DNA of 56,925 nucleotides, taken from NCBI GenBank assembly GCA_002898235.1, contig BEIL01000001.1, positions 191,041-247,965 on the forward strand. Reading direction: 5' to 3'. Shown one piece after another: positions 45,237 to 54,648 of the stretch. The stretch comes from a bacterium HR35 (GTDB lineage: Bacteria; Patescibacteriota; Minisyncoccia; UBA6257; HR35). Both the position numbers and the translations under genes were made by a program. Numbering within the stretch: position 1 is the stretch's first letter; each line of letters begins with the position of its first letter. The notes under the pieces were generated by a model. That model was not told the origin of the DNA. It ran no database searches and saw only the letters and a program-made list of their open reading frames with translations.

Positions 45237-45582
45237 TTTCTTCTAAAAGCTTAATTCGCTTAAGCCTTTTTTCTCTTAATTTATTTTTGGGCAACATTCG
45301 ACTTAAAACTAATTTTAAAACTTTTAGTTTGTTTTTTCCCCATAAATCTTTAAGTTTTATTTCTTTTAAATGACCAATATAACCTGTATGTTTATAAAAA
45401 ACTTTTTGGTCAAATTTCTTACCAGTAAATTTAACCTTATCCAAATTTTTGACATAAACAAAAACGGGAAAATCCTTAGAGGGGTCATAATCCGTTCGGT
45501 GCTTTCCCTGAAGATAATAAGCTATCTCGGTTGACAATCTACCTAAAGATTTATTTTGAGCATCAACAATAATTTTTTCCAT
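45208..45582 (-). CDS. rplM: 50S ribosomal protein L13
   Basis: IIVDAQNKSLGRLSTEIAYYLQGKH...YKHTGYIGHLK. The Met at 45582 (MEKII) is preferred over the ORF-track start at 45621. Confidence 0.85.
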   Translation of the reverse strand: MEKIIVDAQNKSLGRLSTEIAYYLQGKHRTDYDPSKDFPVFVYVKNLDKVKFTGKKFDQKVFYKHTGYIGHLKEIKLKDLWGKNKLKVLKLVLSRMLPKNKLREKRLKRIKLLEENGQTTSSFN

Positions 45583-45604
45583 TGTTTTTAAATTATAACA
45601 AAAC

Positions 45605-46888
45605 TTAAATTTTCTTTTCAATAGTTAGAAGAGAAAAGATTAAAGTTAAAATGAAGTTTAAAAACTGAGCTAAGATACTTGCTAAGATAGCTCCATAAAC
45701 CCCATAAGAAGGAACAAAAAATAAATTTAAAATAAAATTTAAAATAGCTGGGATGACTGTTATTATAAAATCCAGCCATTGTTTGTTAAAAGCAAAAAGA
45801 ACATAATCTAAAAAGCTTGTTGGTCCCAAATAAACTAAAAGCCACATTAAAAGATAAATAAGAGGCAAAGCATCGAGATATTCTTTACCAAAACCAAAAA
45901 CAATAATCCAGGGAGAAAAAAGAAAAACTAAATAAATTGTTAGGAGAGAGATTAAGAAATTAACAAAAAGAAAGAAGTAAAAATATTTTTTAAATTTTTT
46001 AAGATCAGCTGAGGTTTTGGCTAAAAAAGGAAAAATAGCTGTAGAAAAAATATAACTAACAAAACCGCTAGCTAAAATAATCTTAGAAGCTACCGAGTAA
46101 TCTCCTAATTCTTCAAAGGTTCGGTAATGAGCAATAATTATTTGATCGGTATAAAAGAAAACATAAGTTAAAAGACCAAAAAAAACTAAAGGTAAGCCAT
46201 TAAGAAAATAGTAATTAAGGTTTTTTAAGTAAAGCCTAAGATTTTTAAAAAATTCATTGAAATTGATCTTAGTTTCTCTTTGAAAAAAGTAGAAACTAAA
46301 ACTTGTGGCTAAAAATGAGCTAAAAAGATAAGCTAAACCAATAGCTAATGAGCTTCGATGAAAAAGAGAAAAAGAAAAGGAAAAAAATAAAATTGTTATT
46401 CCTTCAATGAGACTTGAAAAAAAGTTTAAATAAGCTTTGTTTATACCAATAAAAAAAGAAGTAAAATAACCACGAAGGGAAAAAAGAAAAAAATAAAGAA
46501 TTAAGATAAAATAAAGGAGGGTGCTATATTCTTTAGCTTTTAAAATAACATAACCAGAAAAAGAAATTATTGAGACTAAAAGACAAATTACAATTTTCCA
46601 AGCTAAAATCTCTTTTACAACTTCCTCTTTGTTTTCTTTTTGCTGATAATCTCTCAAAATCAATTGACTCAAGCCAAAATCAGAAAAAATAAAATAAAAA
46701 GAAACTAGAGCTAAAACATAAGAAAAAACACCAAAGATTTCTTTGCCTAAAGTCCGAGCAATAAAGAAAAACAAAATTATATGTAAAAGTCTACTAGTTA
46801 TCTCAGCTGAATAAAGCCAAAAGGTATTTTTAATTAAAAAGTGGTGAGAAAAAAGAAGATTTTTAAAATAATTCAAAGCTTTACTCAT
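45605..46888 (-). CDS. MOP-superfamily flippase (Wzx/MurJ-like)
   Basis: 427 aa with about 12-14 TM helices. The N-terminal pattern is typical of polysaccharide-biosynthesis flippases. Confidence 0.6.
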   Translation of the reverse strand: MSKALNYFKNLLFSHHFLIKNTFWLYSAEITSRLLHIILFFFIARTLGKEIFGVFSYVLALVSFYFIFSDFGLSQLILRDYQQKENKEEVVKEILAWKIVICLLVSIISFSGYVILKAKEYSTLLYFILILYFFLFSLRGYFTSFFIGINKAYLNFFSSLIEGITILFFSFSFSLFHRSSLAIGLAYLFSSFLATSFSFYFFQRETKINFNEFFKNLRLYLKNLNYYFLNGLPLVFFGLLTYVFFYTDQIIIAHYRTFEELGDYSVASKIILASGFVSYIFSTAIFPFLAKTSADLKKFKKYFYFFLFVNFLISLLTIYLVFLFSPWIIVFGFGKEYLDALPLIYLLMWLLVYLGPTSFLDYVLFAFNKQWLDFIITVIPAILNFILNLFFVPSYGVYGAILASILAQFLNFILTLIFSLLTIEKKI

Positions 46889-46897
46889 TTTTTATTT

Positions 46898-47830
46898 TTA
46901 GAGAAGTATAATTTTAAGTTTTTTAAATTTTTGGTAATCAACTTTGTTTAAAATGCCGTTTTGGGCTCCTAGTTTTTGAATAACTGAAGCTGAATTAGCT
47001 GCTCCCCAAGTTAAAGCTTCTTTAATTAAATTTTCAGTCAATTCTTTTCCTAAAACTATTCTACCAAAGAAAGCTGAAGCAAAAGCATCTCCAGCTCCAG
47101 TTTTATCAACTATTTTCCGAGGTTTAAAGATTCCAGCTTTAAAAATTTTATTTTCAAAAATAGCCAAAGAACCACGATCTCCTAAGGTGACTATTAATGA
47201 TTTTATTTTAAGTTCCTCGAGAGTTTTTTTAGCTAAAGCTATTAAATTTTGTTTAAAATCATTTTTCAAAATTCTTAATTCTTCATCATTTAAGAAAAGA
47301 AAATCAACATATTTTAAAGAATCAAAGGCTAATTTTTGTTGGAGATAAATTTTTGAAGGATTAATAGCTAAGTATTTGATTTTATTTCTAATTTCTTTAA
47401 AAAATCTCAATAGAACAACTGGCGAAGTTGAACCAGGAGTTAAATAGATATAGGGGTTAATTTTAATTTTTCTTAATTCAGCTAATTTAAAATCAGATTC
47501 TCTTCCACGATGAACAAAAATAATTCTTTCTCTATCTTTTGGAAGAACGATTAAAGAAAAAGTAGTTGCTTGTTGATGATAAAAAATATAATGTTTTAAA
47601 TTTAATTTTTTAACTTTTTGCTTAATTATTTCTCCTAAAAAATCTTTACCTAAATGAAAATAAACTTGAGGATTAAGCCCCAATTTTTTAAAAGTTACCG
47701 AAGCATTTAAAGCTCCACCTCCAAGAGAAAAATCAAAATCTTCAATTTCAATTTTAGAACCTTCTTTTATCTCTTTTTCCTTTGTTTTTAAAATAATATC
47801 TAAGGTGGCTGTTCCTACAGCAGTAATCAT
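46898..47830 (-). CDS. PfkB-family carbohydrate kinase
   Basis: GGGALNASV and DKTGAGDAFASAFFG. Confidence 0.8.
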   Translation of the reverse strand: MITAVGTATLDIILKTKEKEIKEGSKIEIEDFDFSLGGGALNASVTFKKLGLNPQVYFHLGKDFLGEIIKQKVKKLNLKHYIFYHQQATTFSLIVLPKDRERIIFVHRGRESDFKLAELRKIKINPYIYLTPGSTSPVVLLRFFKEIRNKIKYLAINPSKIYLQQKLAFDSLKYVDFLFLNDEELRILKNDFKQNLIALAKKTLEELKIKSLIVTLGDRGSLAIFENKIFKAGIFKPRKIVDKTGAGDAFASAFFGRIVLGKELTENLIKEALTWGAANSASVIQKLGAQNGILNKVDYQKFKKLKIILL

Positions 47831-47832
47831 TT

Positions 47833-48237
47833 TTAAATATCAATTATAAATTCAAAGGTATATAATCCATTAGCGAAAAAAAGATTGGTTTGATGATAGG
47901 TAATAGCTTTAATATCTTTTTTTAGCCATTTAAATTCATATCCCAAAACAATTCCTTTTATTTTCCTTTCTTCTAAAATTTTGCCTTTAAATTTTAAAAA
48001 AATCGTTTTTTTAATATAAGTTTGAGATAAAATTTCTGATAAGAAATTAATAATCAAAGAGGGTAAATCTTTATCTTCTAAATTAATTTCAATTTTTCTT
48101 TTTTTCTTGGTTAGTTTAGGTTGCCAAAAAGCCTTTAAGGCCGAAAGAGCATTATTAATTAAAGAATTTAAATTCTTTCCATAAACTCTTATTTTAAAAT
48201 CAGCTGTATGAGGTAAAAATTCAAATTTTTTTCTCAT
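47833..48237 (-). CDS. archease
   Basis: FEFLPHTADFKIRVYG and IKAITYH. Confidence 0.75.
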   Translation of the reverse strand: MRKKFEFLPHTADFKIRVYGKNLNSLINNALSALKAFWQPKLTKKKRKIEINLEDKDLPSLIINFLSEILSQTYIKKTIFLKFKGKILEERKIKGIVLGYEFKWLKKDIKAITYHQTNLFFANGLYTFEFIIDI

Positions 48238-49490
48238 TTAATTTTTTTGACTATTTTATCGAAGCCCAAATAAGGCACTAAAACTTCTGGAATTTCAATA
48301 TAATCTTTTCTTTGATAATTCTCTAAAATAGCAATAACTGCTCGACCAATAGCTAAAGCAGTAGCATTTAACATATGAAGATAACCAACTTTGCCATTTT
48401 TTCTTCGAAAGCGAGCATTAATACCCCTAGCTTGATAATCAGTAGTATTAGAACAAGAATGAGTTTCTCGATATCTTTGTTGACTAGGAAGCCAAGCTTC
48501 AATATCGTATTGCTTATAATCAGTTCTTCCCATATCACCAGTACAAATAAACATTACTCGATAGGGAATTTTCAAGAGTTGCATTATTTTTTCTTCTAAA
48601 GAAAGCAAAAATTGATGTTCTTCTTCAGATTTTTCCGGTAAAGTAAAACTAAACATTTCGACTTTTTCAAATTGATGAGTTCTTAAAATACCCCTAACAT
48701 CTTTACCATAACTTCCGGCTTCTCTTCGAAAACAAGGAGAAAAACCTAAATACCTTTTAGGCAATTCGTCTTCGGCTAAAATTTCGTTGGCATGATAAGG
48801 TCCAATAGTATGTTCAGCACTACCAATTAAAAATAAATCATCCTTTTCTAAATAATATCTTTCTTCACGATCAGCTCCAGTAATTCTTCCCATTCCCCGA
48901 TAATATTTTTCTTTAATAAAATATGGAGGGATTATTGGAATAAAACCATAAGGCAATAAAATGTCATAAACAAATTTAATCAAAGCAATTTCAAGAAGGA
49001 CAGCCTCATTTTTAAGATAATAAAATCTTGATCCGGCTATTTCACCGGCTTTATCAACATCAATTAAATCAAACTCTTTTCCTAAATCTATATGATCTTT
49101 AATTTCAAAGTCAAATTGTGGAATTTCCCCCCAAGTTCTTAAAATAACATTATCGTTTTCATCTTTTCCTCGAGGAACTTCGGGAGCCGGGACATTAGGA
49201 ATTAAATCTATTTTTTCTTCAAGGGCTTCTTCTAATTTTTTAATTTCTTCTTTAATTTTTTTTAATTCTTCTTTTTTTTCTCTCAAAAGCTTAATTGTTT
49301 TTTCATCTGGTTTAGTTTTCGAAAACTTATTAATTAAAGCATTTATTTCATCTCTTTGCTTAATTAAGTAATTAATTTTATTTTTTAGCTCTAAAACTTC
49401 ATCAATTAAAGAAGTATCTTGATAACCTCGATCAACTAAAGCTTGTTTATATTTTTGAGGATTTTTAAGCAAATCTCTAATATCAATCAT
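48234..49490 (-). CDS. serS: seryl-tRNA synthetase
   Basis: N-terminal coiled coil. Class II motifs FRREAGS...GILRTHQFEKVE and NATALAIGRAVIAILE. Confidence 0.9.
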   Translation of the reverse strand: MIDIRDLLKNPQKYKQALVDRGYQDTSLIDEVLELKNKINYLIKQRDEINALINKFSKTKPDEKTIKLLREKKEELKKIKEEIKKLEEALEEKIDLIPNVPAPEVPRGKDENDNVILRTWGEIPQFDFEIKDHIDLGKEFDLIDVDKAGEIAGSRFYYLKNEAVLLEIALIKFVYDILLPYGFIPIIPPYFIKEKYYRGMGRITGADREERYYLEKDDLFLIGSAEHTIGPYHANEILAEDELPKRYLGFSPCFRREAGSYGKDVRGILRTHQFEKVEMFSFTLPEKSEEEHQFLLSLEEKIMQLLKIPYRVMFICTGDMGRTDYKQYDIEAWLPSQQRYRETHSCSNTTDYQARGINARFRRKNGKVGYLHMLNATALAIGRAVIAILENYQRKDYIEIPEVLVPYLGFDKIVKKIK

Positions 49491-49514
49491 TGAATTTTAT
49501 TTTAAAATAAGTTT

Positions 49515-50207
49515 ATGCGAAAAAGAAAAAAGAAATTTAGATTTTCTTTTTCTTTATTTTTACTTATTTTTTTAATTTCAGTTTTTAGCTATCTTTTAGT
49601 TTTTAAAAAAATCAAAAATTTTATTATTGATCCCCCTGAAAAATTAAGTTTAATTTCCAGCTATTTAGAAAATAAATCATTTATCGAAATTTATTTCCAA
49701 ATTAAAAAGATTCTAAAAGAAAATCCAAATATTGTTTATTTAGAATTAAAACCTGTTCTTTATCCTTTTGGAGTAAAAATAAAGATAAAAGAAGCTAAAG
49801 TAATAGCTCAAATTTATGATTTTAAAAATCAAGAAATTTATTATTTAGATAATTACGGAAGAATTGCTAAAAATTTAAAACAAGACAAGCGGCATTTTTT
49901 AGAAATTATCTCTTTTAAAAAAATTCAAAACAACTCTCTTCTTCATCCTAAACTGCAAAAACTTTTTTCAATTTTATTCGAAATTGCTAACCTTAAGAAT
50001 TTTTATTTAAAGCAAATAAAAATTTATTCCAATTTTGATGTTGGAGTAATTAATAATCAAAATCAAGAATTTCTTTTTGACCCAAATAAAGATGTCGAAG
50101 AACAAATTAAAAAATTTATCTTCTTTTTAGATTTTCAAAATAAAGAACAACTCAAAAATATAACTAGAATTGACCTTAGAATTCCTAAAAAAATCTATTT
50201 CAGATAA
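49515..50207 (+). CDS. FtsQ/DivIB-like cell-division protein (TM helix plus POTRA-like region)
   Basis: Basic N-terminus, one TM helix, then IKIKEAKVIAQIYDFKNQEIYYLDNYGRI resembling the POTRA/FtsQ core. Confidence 0.45.
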   Translation: MRKRKKKFRFSFSLFLLIFLISVFSYLLVFKKIKNFIIDPPEKLSLISSYLENKSFIEIYFQIKKILKENPNIVYLELKPVLYPFGVKIKIKEAKVIAQIYDFKNQEIYYLDNYGRIAKNLKQDKRHFLEIISFKKIQNNSLLHPKLQKLFSILFEIANLKNFYLKQIKIYSNFDVGVINNQNQEFLFDPNKDVEEQIKKFIFFLDFQNKEQLKNITRIDLRIPKKIYFR

Positions 50208-50210
50208 AAA

Positions 50211-50366
50211 CTAATTTTTGGGAGGAAGGCATTCTCGATGATAAACAGGCCTATCTTTTGAAGGAATAAAAGGAAGCTCTTCAATTGGTTTTCCACATTT
50301 AGCACAAATCCAAACTTCCCCTTCTCGAGGCCTGAAAAGATGCCTTCGGCGATTTCCTTTTTGCAT
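50211..50366 (-). CDS. 51-aa zinc-ribbon-like small protein (CxxC...HxxC), alternative frame to the ORF-track entry 50195-50401
   Basis: Own translation: MQKGNRRRHLFRPREGEVWICAKCGKPIEELPFIPSKDRPVYHRECLPPKN. It is preceded by AAGGAG 6 nt upstream of the ATG. The PF-x-P-x2-DRPVY core resembles the CxxC-x17-CxxC family common in CPR. Confidence 0.6.
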   Translation of the reverse strand: MQKGNRRRHLFRPREGEVWICAKCGKPIEELPFIPSKDRPVYHRECLPPKN

Positions 50367-50471
50367 TTTTTCTCCTTCTTTATACTCGACCTTCCTCCCA
50401 AAACTCTCTAAAAGAAATTTTTAGAGAATAATTTTGGGATTAATTTAATTATAAACTAAAAATTTTAAAAA

Positions 50472-51218
50472 TCAAAGAGCTAGTTTTTCTATTAAAAAGT
50501 TATAAATTTTTTCCTGAAGTTCTGGATAAACATCTAAGTAATCTGTTCCATGACCACCCTTTTCAAGCATAATTAAAGTAGAAGAAGGATGTTTTTCTTG
50601 AAACCACTTAAAGCCTAAAAGAGCCATTTGTTGGTCATCTTTAGAGGAAATGACCATTATTTTTGAATCGAGATTACTTTTATAAAAATTATCTAAAATT
50701 ATTCCTCGGTAGTTATAGCCTGGCGACAAAAGAATTGCCGCTTTCACTTTTTCATTTTCAGTTAAAAATTGATAGGCTAAATTAGCTCCAATGCTTGCTC
50801 CAATCAAAAATTGTTTTTCCTTATCAAAACCTTCTTTCTCTAAAAAAGCACTGGCTGCTTCCAAATCTTTTATTGATTGTTTTTCTTCCTCTTCGGTAAA
50901 AGAATTATAATCAAGATAGCCACTAACTCCTTCCCTGCTTTCTCCATGTCCTCTTAAATCAATAGCTAACAGAGCAAATCCTTTTCCTTGTAAAAATTTA
51001 GCTAAATTATTAAAGCTTTCCTTTGTTTTTGGCCGCATATGAATCAAAATACCAGCAAATTTAGCCTCTTTATTGGGATAATAATTAGCAACAATTTTTA
51101 CTCCATCAGATGTTGTAAAACTTACCTTTTCCATTTGTTTTTCTTTTGAAGTAAATTTTAAAAAAAAGAATAGTAATATTAAAACCACAACACTTAAAAT
51201 TAAAAAAAATTTTTTCAT
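50472..51218 (-). CDS. membrane-anchored alpha/beta hydrolase
   Basis: TM helix, HMRP, DLRGHGES and nucleophile elbow GASIGAN. The start was moved to Met at 51218 because the ORF-track start reads into tRNA-Leu. Confidence 0.7.
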   Translation of the reverse strand: MKKFFLILSVVVLILLFFFLKFTSKEKQMEKVSFTTSDGVKIVANYYPNKEAKFAGILIHMRPKTKESFNNLAKFLQGKGFALLAIDLRGHGESREGVSGYLDYNSFTEEEEKQSIKDLEAASAFLEKEGFDKEKQFLIGASIGANLAYQFLTENEKVKAAILLSPGYNYRGIILDNFYKSNLDSKIMVISSKDDQQMALLGFKWFQEKHPSSTLIMLEKGGHGTDYLDVYPELQEKIYNFLIEKLAL

Positions 51219-51224
51219 TAAATT

Positions 51225-51309
51225 TGCCCGGGGAGGGATTCGAACCCTCACGGCCTTTAAGGCCACCAGGTTTTAAGCCTGGCGCGTCTACCAATTTCGC
51301 CACCCGGGC
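51225..51309 (-). tRNA. tRNA-Leu (anticodon TAA), long variable arm
   Basis: Reverse complement GCCCGGGTGGCGAAATTGGTAGACGCGCCAGGCTTAAAACCTGGTGGCCTTAAAGGCCGTGAGGGTTCGAATCCCTCCCCGGGCA. Confidence 0.85.
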
Positions 51310-51314
51310 TGAAG

Positions 51315-51386
51315 TGCGCGCGGGAGGGATCGAACCTCCGACCTCGGTCTTATCAGGACCGCGCTCTACCACTGAGCTACGCGCGC
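51315..51386 (-). tRNA. tRNA-Ile (anticodon GAT)
   Basis: Reverse complement GCGCGCGTAGCTCAGTGGTAGAGCGCGGTCCTGATAAGACCGAGGTCGGAGGTTCGATCCCTCCCGCGCGCA. Confidence 0.85.
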
Positions 51387-51392
51387 TTAGTG

Positions 51393-51467
51393 CGCGGGCG
51401 ACCGGATTTGAACCGGCGACCTCCGGCGTGACAGGCCGGCGTTCTGACCAGGCTGAACTACGCCCGC
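51393..51467 (-). tRNA. tRNA-Asp (anticodon GTC)
   Basis: Reverse complement GCGGGCGTAGTTCAGCCTGGTCAGAACGCCGGCCTGTCACGCCGGAGGTCGCCGGTTCAAATCCGGTCGCCCGCG. Confidence 0.85.
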
Positions 51468-52093
51468 TTATTTTTGGTTTCTTCTCTTTTACTTATTATT
51501 TTATCAATAATTCCGTAATTTTTTGCTTCTTCAGCTGTCATCCAAAAATCTCTATCAGTGTCTTTTTCAATTTTTTCAAGCGGTTGACCTGTATGTTTAG
51601 CCAAAATTTGATTAACTCTATTTTTTAAATCAACTAAGTGTTTAGTTGTAATTTCGACATCCTTAACTTGACCAGCAACACCTGGTGAAGAAACCCAAAT
51701 TTGGTGAATCAAAATTTGAGCATTGGGTAAAGCTATTCTTTTTCCAGGAGAGCCTGCGGCTAAAAGAAGAGCAGCAGCTGAAGCAGCAGTCCCAATAGCA
51801 ATTGTTTGAACATCAGGTTTAATAAATTGCATTGTATCATAGATAGCTAAAGCTGAATCAACGTTTCCTCCAGGACTATTAATATAAAGATAAATATCTT
51901 TTTCTGGATCTTCGTGTTCTAAAAAAAGAAGCTGGGCAATAACTAAATTAGCGATTTGGTCATCAATAGGCATTCCGAGAAAAACAATTCTTTCTTTGAG
52001 AAGCCGAGAAAAAATATCATAAGCTCTTTCGCCATAACTTGTTTTTTCAATAACTATCGGAACCAGTTGGTTTAAAAATTTATTTTTTTTCAT
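51458..52093 (-). CDS. clpP: ATP-dependent Clp protease proteolytic subunit
   Basis: [20 protein letters not shown] and [14 protein letters not shown] (Ser nucleophile). The last three codons and the stop lie inside tRNA-Asp. Confidence 0.9.
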   Translation of the reverse strand: MKKNKFLNQLVPIVIEKTSYGERAYDIFSRLLKERIVFLGMPIDDQIANLVIAQLLFLEHEDPEKDIYLYINSPGGNVDSALAIYDTMQFIKPDVQTIAIGTAASAAALLLAAGSPGKRIALPNAQILIHQIWVSSPGVAGQVKDVEITTKHLVDLKNRVNQILAKHTGQPLEKIEKDTDRDFWMTAEEAKNYGIIDKIISKREETKNKRA

Positions 52094-52095
52094 AT

Positions 52096-52680
52096 CTAAA
52101 TTATAACAAATTTTTTAAAACTTAATAAGAGGAGAAAAAATAAAGGCAAACTTAAAAATAATGACGAATTAAGAAGATAGTTAAGGAAGAAAAATTCCAA
52201 GAAAACAAAATTGATTAAAAGAGATTCTAAAAAACTTTTTTTAAAAATAAAATAATTCCAGAAAAAAATCCAAAAAAGAAGAAAAATAAAAAGAAATAAA
52301 AATTCAATTTTAGTTAACCAAAAGAGTGAAGCTAAAGGTAAGAAATAAAAAATTAAACTCTCTGCTTGTTTGTTCCTTTTGAAATAAAAATAACTGATCA
52401 TTACAAAAAGAAGAAAAAAATAATTATTAAATGGTAAATCGAAATTTAAAAAAAGAAAAAGTAAAGTATAAGGCAAGGAATAAAGAGGTGAGCCTTTAAG
52501 ATGCCAAACCAGGAGAAAAATTAAAAGAAAAGAAAAGAAAAACTTATAAAGAATATTCAAGGGCAAGTAAAAAAGAAAAAATAACAAAAAAATAGAAAAG
52601 AAATAAAAATATTCTTTAAATATCAAGGTTTTGAACTTCAGGAGCATACGTTTCAATGAATTTTCTTCTTGGTTCAACAT
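52096..52680 (-). CDS. hypothetical polytopic membrane protein
   Basis: Phe/Leu-rich helices. The N-terminus overlaps the gyrB 3' end, so the true start is probably internal. Confidence 0.4.
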   Translation of the reverse strand: MLNQEENSLKRMLLKFKTLIFKEYFYFFSIFLLFFLFYLPLNILYKFFFSFLLIFLLVWHLKGSPLYSLPYTLLFLFLNFDLPFNNYFFLLFVMISYFYFKRNKQAESLIFYFLPLASLFWLTKIEFLFLFIFLLFWIFFWNYFIFKKSFLESLLINFVFLEFFFLNYLLNSSLFLSLPLFFLLLLSFKKFVII

Positions 52681-54532
52681 CTTGACCCATTAAAATATTA
52701 AATAATCTATCGGCCTCTTCGGCGTCTTTAAGAGTAACTTGTTTTAAAACTCTTTTTTCCGGATTTAAAGTAGTTTCCCAAAGTTCTTCCGGATTCATTT
52801 CTCCCAATCCTTTGTATCTTTGAACATCAATATTTTTTCTTGATTTTGAAAGTTCTTTAATTAAAGCATCCTTTTCAGCATCATTATAAGCATAATAAAT
52901 TTCTTTGCCTACTTGAATTTTATAAAGTGGCGGTTGAGCAATATAAATATAACCTTTTTCAACCAATGGTCGAAAATAACGATAAAAAAGAGTTAAAAGT
53001 AAAGTTCTAATATGATTGCCGTCAGAATCAGCATCGCAAGCAATAATTATTTTTGAATATCTTAAGTTTTCTAAATTAAAATCCTTACCAAAACCAGTTC
53101 CTAAAGCTAAAATGATATTTTTTATTTCTTCAGATTTTAAAATTTTTCCTAAGCCTGCTTTTTCAACATTTAAAATTTTTCCTTTAAGAGGCAAAACAGC
53201 TTGAAAACGTCTATCTCTTCCTTGTTTAGCTGAACCACCAGCTGATTCTCCTTCAACAATAAAAAGTTCTCTTTCTTCTGGGTTTTTGGAAGAACAATCT
53301 GCTAATTTACCAGATAAAGTTAAAGAGGCTTGAATTCTTTTTTTCAAAACAGCCTCTTTTGCTTCTTTAGCTGCTCTTCTAGCTTCAACATTAGTTAAAA
53401 TTCTATTTAAAATTATCTTTGCTTTTTCTGGATTTTTATGCAACCATTCAATTAATTTTTCACTAAAAACACCTTCAACTAAACTTCTTACTTCGGGATT
53501 GCCAAGTTTAGCTTTTGTCTGTCCTTCAAATTGGGGTTCAGGAATTTTAAGTGATAAAATAGCTACAATTCCTCCTTTAACATCTTCAGTGGTTAAAGAG
53601 AGATTTTTGTTTTTAAAGATATTTAATTCTTCACCAACTTTAGTAAAAGCTTTAATCAATCCATTGTGAAAACCAGTCGCATGAGTTCCTCCTTCTGGAT
53701 TTAAAATATTGTTAGTAAAAAAATATTCAATTGTCTCTTGATGTTCTAAATAAGTAAAAATTAAATTAATTTCAATCTTTTCATCTCTATAGTTAAGTTC
53801 AAAAAAATCTGAAAAAAGAGGATGCCTACCTAAAAGAAGATGTTTTAGAAAAGCTTGGAGTCCTTTTTCAAAATAAAAGCTATAAGCAAAATAATCTTCT
53901 CTTTCATCAATAAAATTGATTCTTAAACCAGGAGTAAGATAAGCTTGATGTTTTAAATAATCTAAAATTCTTTCTCTTTCAAAACGAATTTCAGGAAATA
54001 TTTCAGGGTCAGGTTCAAAAATAATTGTTGTGCCTGTCTCGGTTGTTTTCCTTCCTTTTTTAAGTGGAGTAACTGGTTTTCCTTTTTTATATTCCTGCGA
54101 CCATTCAAAGCCATCTCTTTTAACAATAGCTTTTAAATATTTTGACAAAGCATTAACTACACTAACACCAACTCCATGAAGACCACCAGAAACTTTATAA
54201 ACTTTGTGAGAAAATTTACCACCAGCATGAAGATAAGTTAAAATTGTTTCCAAAGCTGATTTTTTTGTTTTAGGATGAAGGTCAACAGGAATTCCTCGAC
54301 CATCATCGCTCACGACCACTCTGTTTTCTTTTTCTAATCTAACTTCAATATTTTTAGCATAACCAGCCAAAGCTTCATCAACAGAATTATTAACAACCTC
54401 CCAAATTAAATGATGAAGACCATCAAGACCAGTTCCTCCAATATACATTCCTGGTCTTTTCCTTACTGCTTCAATTCCTTCTAAAACCTGAATACTTTCT
54501 GCTTTATATTCCGGATCAATTTTTTTTGCCAT
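52616..54532 (-). CDS. gyrB: DNA gyrase subunit B
   Basis: YIGGTGLDGLHHLIWEVVNNSVDE, GGLHGVG, EGESAGGSAKQGRDR, DADSDGNHI and QRYKGLGEMNPE. Confidence 0.95.
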   Translation of the reverse strand: MAKKIDPEYKAESIQVLEGIEAVRKRPGMYIGGTGLDGLHHLIWEVVNNSVDEALAGYAKNIEVRLEKENRVVVSDDGRGIPVDLHPKTKKSALETILTYLHAGGKFSHKVYKVSGGLHGVGVSVVNALSKYLKAIVKRDGFEWSQEYKKGKPVTPLKKGRKTTETGTTIIFEPDPEIFPEIRFERERILDYLKHQAYLTPGLRINFIDEREDYFAYSFYFEKGLQAFLKHLLLGRHPLFSDFFELNYRDEKIEINLIFTYLEHQETIEYFFTNNILNPEGGTHATGFHNGLIKAFTKVGEELNIFKNKNLSLTTEDVKGGIVAILSLKIPEPQFEGQTKAKLGNPEVRSLVEGVFSEKLIEWLHKNPEKAKIILNRILTNVEARRAAKEAKEAVLKKRIQASLTLSGKLADCSSKNPEERELFIVEGESAGGSAKQGRDRRFQAVLPLKGKILNVEKAGLGKILKSEEIKNIILALGTGFGKDFNLENLRYSKIIIACDADSDGNHIRTLLLTLFYRYFRPLVEKGYIYIAQPPLYKIQVGKEIYYAYNDAEKDALIKELSKSRKNIDVQRYKGLGEMNPEELWETTLNPEKRVLKQVTLKDAEEADRLFNILMGQDVEPRRKFIETYAPEVQNLDI

Positions 54533-54648
54533 AAATAAAAAAGTGAAAATTTTCTAATTTTATTAAATTTTACCATAAGTTTTTGGGTTTTTGTTTCTTC
54601 TGGTTTTCTAAAATTTTTTGTTTTTTATTATATAATTTCTAAAAAGCA

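Noticed and set aside
50195-50401. 68-aa ORF from the track.
   Set aside because: It has no RBS or motif. An alternative frame on the same strand encodes a zinc-ribbon protein with a good Shine-Dalgarno sequence.
51106-51628. ORFs 51106-51372 (minus strand) and 51224-51628 (plus strand), plus the first 16 codons of 50472-51266.
   Set aside because: They are translations across the GC-rich tRNA-Leu/Ile/Asp cluster and antisense to clpP. They have no independent support.
36998-54532. Additional inteins in secA or gyrB, which are frequent intein hosts.
   Set aside because: Both proteins have normal lengths (835 and 638 aa). Their conserved motifs are uninterrupted.
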